DNA of 64,000 bases from Eledone cirrhosa. Taxonomy: Eukaryota. This document shows, in pieces, positions 56,692 through 64,000 of this stretch. Numbering within the stretch: the first letter of the stretch is position 1; every line of letters begins with the position of its first letter. The position numbers were made by a program, and so were the translations under genes. The stretch is taken from the NCBI GenBank assembly GCA_964016885.1, contig OZ024760.1, forward strand, positions 31,000,001 through 31,064,000. Direction: 5' to 3'. The notes under the pieces are model-generated. The model saw only the letters and a program-made list of their open reading frames with translations. It ran no database searches and had not been told where the DNA came from.

Positions 56692-56931
56692 AGTCAATTG
56701 TACAAATATGATATGGACTTTTATTTTCAAAGTAAACCAGAATACCCTTCATCCTGACTCTAGTTTTTCTCTCTTTTCCCTTCCTCTCCATGTCTGATGA
56801 GAAGGAAAAGTCTAAAAAGAGGGGGGCAGGGGTCCAATGTCAACAACAGAATTACTTCAGCATCATAGGTATTCAGTGATTATCAACATTGTCCTCATTA
56901 CTGTAATTATTGTTATTGTTATTATTATTAC

Positions 56932-56936
<5 letters not shown>

Positions 56937-56988
<52 letters not shown>

Positions 56989-57144
56989 ATATATATATGT
57001 ATATATATATTTATGTGTATATATATGCACATGTATGTATATATATACATATATATACACATATATATATATATATACATATATATATACAGATATATAT
57101 ATATATACATACATATATATACATATATATATACATACATATGC

Positions 57145-57179
<35 letters not shown>

Positions 57180-57396
57180 TATATATATACATATGCATAT
57201 ATATATATACATATATATATATATACATATGCATATATATATATACATATATATATACATACATATGCATATATATATACATATATATATATATATACAT
57301 ATATACATATATATATACATATATATATATATATACATAGATATGCATATATATATATACATACATATGCATATATATATACATATATATATATAT

Positions 57397-57433
<37 letters not shown>

Positions 57434-57596
57434 TTCATATATAGATATATATACATATATATATATACATATATATACATACATATATATACATATATAC
57501 ATATATACATATATATACATATACATATATATACATATATATATATGTATATATATATATACATATATACATATATATATATATATACATATATAC

Positions 57597-57667
<71 letters not shown>

Positions 57668-57752
57668 TACATATATACATATATATATATACATATATAC
57701 ATATATATATATATACATATATATATAAATATAAATATATATACATATATAA

Positions 57753-57783
<31 letters not shown>

Positions 57784-57904
57784 CATATATACATATATAT
57801 ATATACATATATACATATATATATATATACATATATATATAAATATAAATATATATACATATATAAATATATATACATATATATATATATATATACATAT
57901 ATAC

Positions 57905-57937
<33 letters not shown>

Positions 57938-58550
57938 CATATGCATATATATATACATATATATATATATAGATACATATATATATACATATATATATAT
58001 ACATACATATGCATATATACATATATATATATATATATGCATATATATATATATATATATATGCATATATATATACATATATATATATACATACATATGC
58101 ATATATATATATATATATACATATATACATATACATATATACATATATATATATACATACATATACATATATACATATATATATATACATATGCATATAT
58201 ATATATATATATATATACATATGCATATATATATATATATATATATATATGCATATATATATACATATATATATACATATATATACATATATATATATAT
58301 ACATATATACATATATATACATATACATATATATATATATATATACATATATACATAGATATACATATATATATATATATATACATATATACATATATAT
58401 ATATACATATATACATATATATACATATACCTATATATACATATATATACATATACATATATATACATATATACATATATATATACATATATACATATAC
58501 ATATATACAGATATATATACATATATATATATATACATATATACATATAT

Positions 58551-58585
<35 letters not shown>

Positions 58586-58612
58586 CATATATACAGATAT
58601 ATATATATACAG

Positions 58613-58649
<37 letters not shown>

Positions 58650-58662
58650 TTGATATATATAT
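56937..58662. repeat. Uninterrupted (TA)n/TACA microsatellite; the empty paralogous site
   Basis: Its flanks match 29223-29467 and 42050 onward, with no TE sequence in between. Confidence 0.95.
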
Positions 58663-58785
58663 CTCAATGATGTGCTTGCCATGCTGGTGGTCCAGCTATG
58701 TAACTGCCAATGCTTCCTCAGTCAGCCCACGTGCCCCTCCAAAAAAAAAAAGAGAAACAAAAAGAAAGCAAAAGAAGAAAAGATT

Positions 58786-60848
58786 CTATGATGTTGAAGT
58801 TTTTCGTTTTTGCAATCGTGATGCTGACATAACAAAGCTGGCATTTTTCCAAAGCACTGAGTTCTCAAAGTTTGTGACCAGGGACACACTGTCATCTTTG
58901 TACCTGTTCTTCCTGGTATTGTTGCACTCATTCAGCTGTTGCTTTGGCATGTCCATCATTGACACTTGTGTGCCCATTTCACAAGTGCACACAGCTGCCT
59001 CTGCCTTATTCACTGCACATTCGTCCTCATGCAGCATCACCTGTATCGACTTATTTACCAGATCGACCACAGGTGTGGTGATTTGATTGTTGTTATTGTG
59101 GTTGTTGCTGTCCGTGTTTGTTGTAGCGTCCATTTTAGCGACATTGTCGTCGCTGTTGTTGTTGTTGTTGTTGTTGTTGGTTGTTGTAGCGTCCATTTTA
59201 GCGACATTGTCGTCGCTGTTGTTGTTGGTGTTTGTTATAGCGTCCATTTTAGCGACATTGTCGTCGCTGTTGTTGTTGTTGTTGTTGGTGTTGTCATCGC
59301 TGCTCATGTCGCTGCTGTTGGTGTCATCACTGTTGATCTCATCACTGTTGTTGTTACTTATGTCAGCAATGTTGATGACATCATCACAAGTGACAATGTC
59401 TTCAGTAGGGATGATGTCATCAATACTGATATTATCAGAGCTGATGATGTAATTGCTGCTGGTGATGTCATCATTGATGTTGATGACGTCATCATTGGTG
59501 TTGGTGATGTCATCATTACTGTTGGTGATGTCACCATTACTGTTGAGAATGTCACCATTACTGTTGACAATGACACCAGTACTGTCGATGTCACCAGTAC
59601 TGTTGGCGATGTCACCAGTACTGTTGGTGATGTCACCAGTACTGTTGGTGATGTCACCAGTACTGTTGGTGATGTCATCATTACTGTTGGAGATGTCATC
59701 ATTACTGTTGGTGATGATGTCACCATCACTGTTTACAATGTCACCATTATTGATGACGACATCATTAATATTGATGTCATCATTGTTGTTGATGTCTTCC
59801 ATGTTGAGGCTATAATCATTTATGATGTCAACGTTGGCGATGTCATTGATGATGTCATTGATGATGTCATCACAGTTGGTGTTGGTGTCACTGTCTTCAG
59901 TGTTTGAGATGTCATCACAGATCTCAGTGACATTGTCATCACAGATGTCAGTGACGATATTGTCATCACAGGAGATGCCATTGATGTTGTCCTCAGTGTT
60001 GATGCTGTTGTCATCACCATTGATAATGTCATCACAGATGCCGTTCATGTTGTCATCGCAGATGTCATTGACATTTATGTCATCATAGTTAATGTTGTCA
60101 TTGACATTGTTGCCGTCATCAGAGTTGATATTGTCATTGTTGACTCTGTCGTCGCAGATGTCGTTGACATTTATATCATCACAGCTGATGTCATTGACGC
60201 TGTTGCCACCATCGGAGTTAATGATGCCATTGACATTATTGCCGTCATCACAGCTGATATTGTCATTGACGCTGTTGCCACCATCGGAGTTAATGATGCC
60301 ATTGACGTTGTTGCTGTCATCACAGCTGATGTTGTCATTGACGATGTTGCCACCATCGGAGTTAATGATGCCATAGACGTTGTTGCCATCATCACAGCTG
60401 ATTTCATTGACGTTGTTGCCGTCATCACAGTTGATGTTGTCATTGATGCTGTTTCGGTCGTCAGAGCTGATGACGCCATTGACATTGTTGCGGTCATCAG
60501 AGTTGATGACGCCATTGACACTGTTGCGGTCGTCAGAGTTGATACCGTCATCACTGTCAACATCATTTATTCTGACATTGTCATTGCAGCTGATGTTTGT
60601 AATACTTTTGTCGATAATGCCAAGTCCTGTGACATCACCATCACAGCTGATGTCATCATCGCTGTTGTTGTTGCTGTTTGAATTGCTGTTTGAATTGCTG
60701 TTCGACTCGCTGTGCGACTTGCTGTGTGACTTGCTGTGTGACTTGCTGTGTGACTTGCTGCTCCTGCTGCTGTTGCGGCTGCTGTGACTCTTCTTGTAAC
60801 CTCCCTTTATACTAACTGCTTCCTCTCTTTCACTCTCTTCATATTGAC
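58786..60848 (-). CDS. Large putative exon (~686 codons) encoding an Asn/Asp/Ile/Ser-rich acidic low-complexity protein
   Basis: One frame is stop-free from 60846 to the TAG at 58786-58788, extending the listed 420-aa ORF by 266 codons ([24 protein letters not shown]...SKSH repeats...DDISCD repeats). It is preceded by the acceptor ttgttcttctctgaatttcAG (phase 1). Confidence 0.55.
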
Positions 60849-60902
60849 CTGAAATTCAGAGAAGAACAATTTAAAGACATTTATGTGAAACCATCAACCA
60901 TT

Positions 60903-61460
60903 ACAGGGTGACAGGGTGGCAGAGTGACTGGGTGAAAGAGTGACAGAGTGACTGGGTGACAGAGTGACTGGGTGACAGAGTGACTGGGTGACATGGTGAC
61001 TGGATGACAGAGTGACTGGGTGACTGGATGACTAGGTGACAGGGTGACAGAGTGACTGGGTGACATGGTGACAGAGTGACTGGGTGATAGAGTGACTGGG
61101 TGACAGAGTGACAGGCTGACAGAGTGACTGGGTGACACAGTGACTGGGTGACAGGATGATAGGGTGACTGCATGACAGAATGACTGGGTGACAGGGTGGC
61201 AGAGTGACTGGGTGACAGAGTGACAGGGTGACAGGATGACTAGATTACAGGGTGACAGAGTGACTGGGTGACTAGATGACAGGGTGGCTGGATGACAGAG
61301 TGACTGGGTGACATGGTGACTGGGTGACAGAGTGACTGGGTGACAGAGTGACTGGGTGACAGGGTGATAGAGTGGCATGGTGACAGGATGACAGGGTGAC
61401 TGGATGACAGGATGACAGAGTGACTGGGTGACTAGGTGACAGAGTGACAGAGTGACTGGG
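60903..61460. repeat. 8/16-bp minisatellite (AGAGTGACTGGGTGAC)n inside a putative 710-bp intron
   Basis: Seen directly. Confidence 0.93.
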
Positions 61461-61558
61461 CTAAACTATGTCATGTGGGGGGTGAGTGGCTACATATATG
61501 GCAAACAACAGGAGCCTCCTCCCACCCAACAATATTTGTTAAAGAGAAACTGTGTTAC

Positions 61559-61702
61559 CGTGAGAGGAAGGGCTGATTGCATTGTTTTCATTGGACTTAT
61601 GGAAGTAAAGTGGAGGTGACTGCTGGTGTCGACTCTGCTCCTCTGATCTCTCATCTCTGTTTTGTTGCTGGGCTTGGTACATCTCCTCCATTGATACAGG
61701 TT
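61559..61702 (-). CDS. Putative 144-nt internal exon (EPVSMEEMYQAQQQNRDERSEEQSRHQQSPPLYFHKSNENNAISPSSHG)
   Basis: Bounded by cAG|AACCTG and CACG|GTAACA. It is phase 1-1 and joins in frame with the exon starting at 60848. Confidence 0.5.
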
Positions 61703-61705
61703 CTG

Positions 61706-64000
61706 ATAGTGGTGGTGGTGGTGGTGGTGATGGTAGTGTGTATAGTGGTGATGGTGGTGGTGGTGATGGTAGTGTGTATAGTGGTGATGGTAGTGTGTAT
61801 AGTGGTGGTGGTGGTGATGGTAGTGTGTATAGTGGTGGTGGTGGTGATGGTAGTGTGTATAGTGGTGATGGTGGTGGTGGTGATGGTAGTGTGTATAGTG
61901 GTGATGGTAGTGTGTATAGTGGTGATGGTAGTGTGTATAGTGGTGGTGGTGGTGATGGTAGTGTGTATAGTGGTGATGGTGGTGATGGTAGTGTGTATAG
62001 TGGTGATGGTAGTGTGTATAGTGGTGGTGGTGGTGATGGTAGTGTGTATAGTGGTGATGGTGGTGATGGTAGTGTGTATAGTGGTGATGGTAGTGTGTAT
62101 AGTGGTGATGGTGGTGATGGTAGTGTGTATAGTGGTGATGGTGGTGATGGTAGTGTGTATAGTGGTGATGGTGGTGATGGTAGTGTGTATAGTGGTGATG
62201 GTGGTGATGGTAGTGTGTATAGTGGTGATGGTAGTGTGTATAGTGGTGATGGTAGTGTGTATAGTGGTGGTGGTAGTGTGTATAGTGGTGATGGTGGTGA
62301 TGGTAGTGTGTATAGTGGTGATGGTGGTGATGGTAGTGTGTATAGTGGTGATGGTAGTGTGTATAGTGGTGATGGTAGTGTGTATAGTGGTGGTGGTAGT
62401 GTGTATAGTGGTGATGGTGGTGATGGTAGTGTGTATAGTGGTGATGGTAGTGTGTATAGTGGTGATGGTGGTGATGGTAGTGTGTATAGTGGTGATGGTA
62501 GTGTGTATAGTGGTGATGGTAGTGTGTATAGTGGTGATGGTAGTGTGTATAGTGGTGGTGGTAGTGTGTATAGTGGTGATGGTGGTGATGGTAGTGTGTA
62601 TAGTGGTGATGGTGGTGATGGTAGTGTGTATAGTGGTGATGGTAGTGTGTATAGTGGTGATGGTAGTGTGTATAGTGGTGGTGGTAGTGTGTATAGTGGT
62701 GATGGTAGTGTGTATAGTGGTGGTGGTAGTGTGTATAGTGGTGATGGTGGTGATAGTAGTGTGTATAGTGGTGATGGTAGTGTGTATAGTGGTGATGGTA
62801 GTGTGTATAGTGGTGGTGGTAGTGTGTATAGTGGTGATGGTGGTGATGGTAGTGTGTATAGTGGTGATGGTAGTGTGTATAGTGGTGATGGTAGTGTGTA
62901 TAGTGGTGGTGGTAGTGTGTATAGTGGTGATGGTGGTGATGGTAGTGTGTATAGTGGTGATGGTGGTGATGGTAGTGTGTATAGTGGTGATGGTAGTGTG
63001 TATAGTGGTGATGGTAGTGTGTATAGTGGTGGTGGTAGTGTGTATAGTGGTGATGGTGGTGATGGTAGTGTGTATAGTGGTGATGGTGGTGATGGTAGTG
63101 TGTATAGTGGTGATGGTAGTGTGTATAGTGGTGATGGTAGTGTGTATAGTGGTGGTGGTAGTGTGTATAGTGGTGATGGTAGTGTGTATAGTGGTGGTGG
63201 TGGTGATGGTAGTGTGTATAGTGGTGATGGTAGTGTGTATAGTGGTGATGGTAGTGTGTATAGTGGTGGTGGTAGTGTGTATAGTGGTGATGGTGGTGAT
63301 GGTAGTGTGTATAGTGGTGATGGTGGTGATGGTAGTGTGTATAGTGGTGATGGTGGTGATGGTAGTGTGTATAGTGGTGATGGTAGTGTGTATAGTGGTG
63401 ATGGTAGTGTGTATAGTGGTGGTGGTAGTGTGTATAGTGGTGATGGTGGTGATGGTAGTGTGTATAGTGGTGATGGTGGTGATGGTAGTGTGTATAGTGG
63501 TGATGGTGGTGATGGTGGTGATGGTAGTGTGTATAGTGGTGATGGTAGTGTGTATAGTGGTGATGGTAGTGTGTATAGTGGTGGTGGTAGTGTGTATAGT
63601 GGTGATGGTGGTGATGGTAGTGTGTATAGTGGTGATGGTAGTGTGTATAGTGGTGATGGTAGTGTGTATAGTGGTGGTGGTAGTGTGTATAGTGGTGATG
63701 GTGGTGATGGTAGTGTGTATAGTGGTGATGGTAGTGTGTATAGTGGTGATGGTAGTGTGTATAGTGGTGGTGGTAGTGTGTATAGTGGTGATGGTGGTGA
63801 TGGTAGTGTGTATAGTGGTGATGGTGGTGATGGTAGTGTGTATAGTGGTGATGGTAGTGTGTATAGTGGTGATGGTAGTGTGTATAGTGGTGGTGGTAGT
63901 GTGTATAGTGGTGATGGTGGTGATGGTAGTGTGTATAGTGGTGATGGTGGTGATGGTAGTGTGTATAGTGGTGATGGTAGTGTGTATAGTGGTGATGGTA
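61706..64000. repeat. 21/27-bp minisatellite (GGTGATGGTAGTGTGTATAGT)n; runs off the right edge
   Basis: Seen directly. The + strand has no C, and length variants are GGT/GGTGAT triplet multiples. Confidence 0.97.

Noticed and set aside
58966-60787. Plus-strand Val/Leu/Met-rich ORFs
   Set aside because: Antisense shadows of the Asn/Asp-rich repeat frame, fragmented and without splice support.

Overview
Eukaryotic, repeat-dominated DNA, most likely from an Octopus-type cephalopod (inferred from the tRNA-derived SINE and the (TA)n-rich background). About two-thirds of the window is satellite DNA: a 50-bp satellite with higher-order repeats, a 48-bp satellite, GA-rich, (TA)n, 8/16-bp and 21-bp repeats. 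On the right these form 4-5 kb composite units of linker, Sat48 and Sat50. A segmental duplication (about 28.1-42.6 kb versus 55.4-59.2 kb) gives a filled and an empty version of the same (TA)n site. The filled version carries a ~10.2-kb nested insertion. It contains an intact CR1-group LINE (ORF1 with Myb/SANT-like and 2x CCCH motifs, ORF2 with APE and RT), a tRNA-SINE, and an antisense Penelope-like element. The Penelope-like element has RT plus C-terminal GIY-YIG, 1-kb pseudo-LTRs each holding a minimal hammerhead ribozyme, an 11-bp TSD, one in-frame TAG and one frameshift. The most notable signal is in the LINE: ORF2 has no usable AUG and overlaps ORF1 in the -1 frame across two in-phase slippery heptamers (U_UUU_UUA and A_AAA_AAC), which suggests -1 ribosomal frameshifting. 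On the right, two phase-compatible minus-strand exons encode an Asn/Asp-rich low-complexity protein. Most ORFs in the supplied track are artefacts of the repeats.
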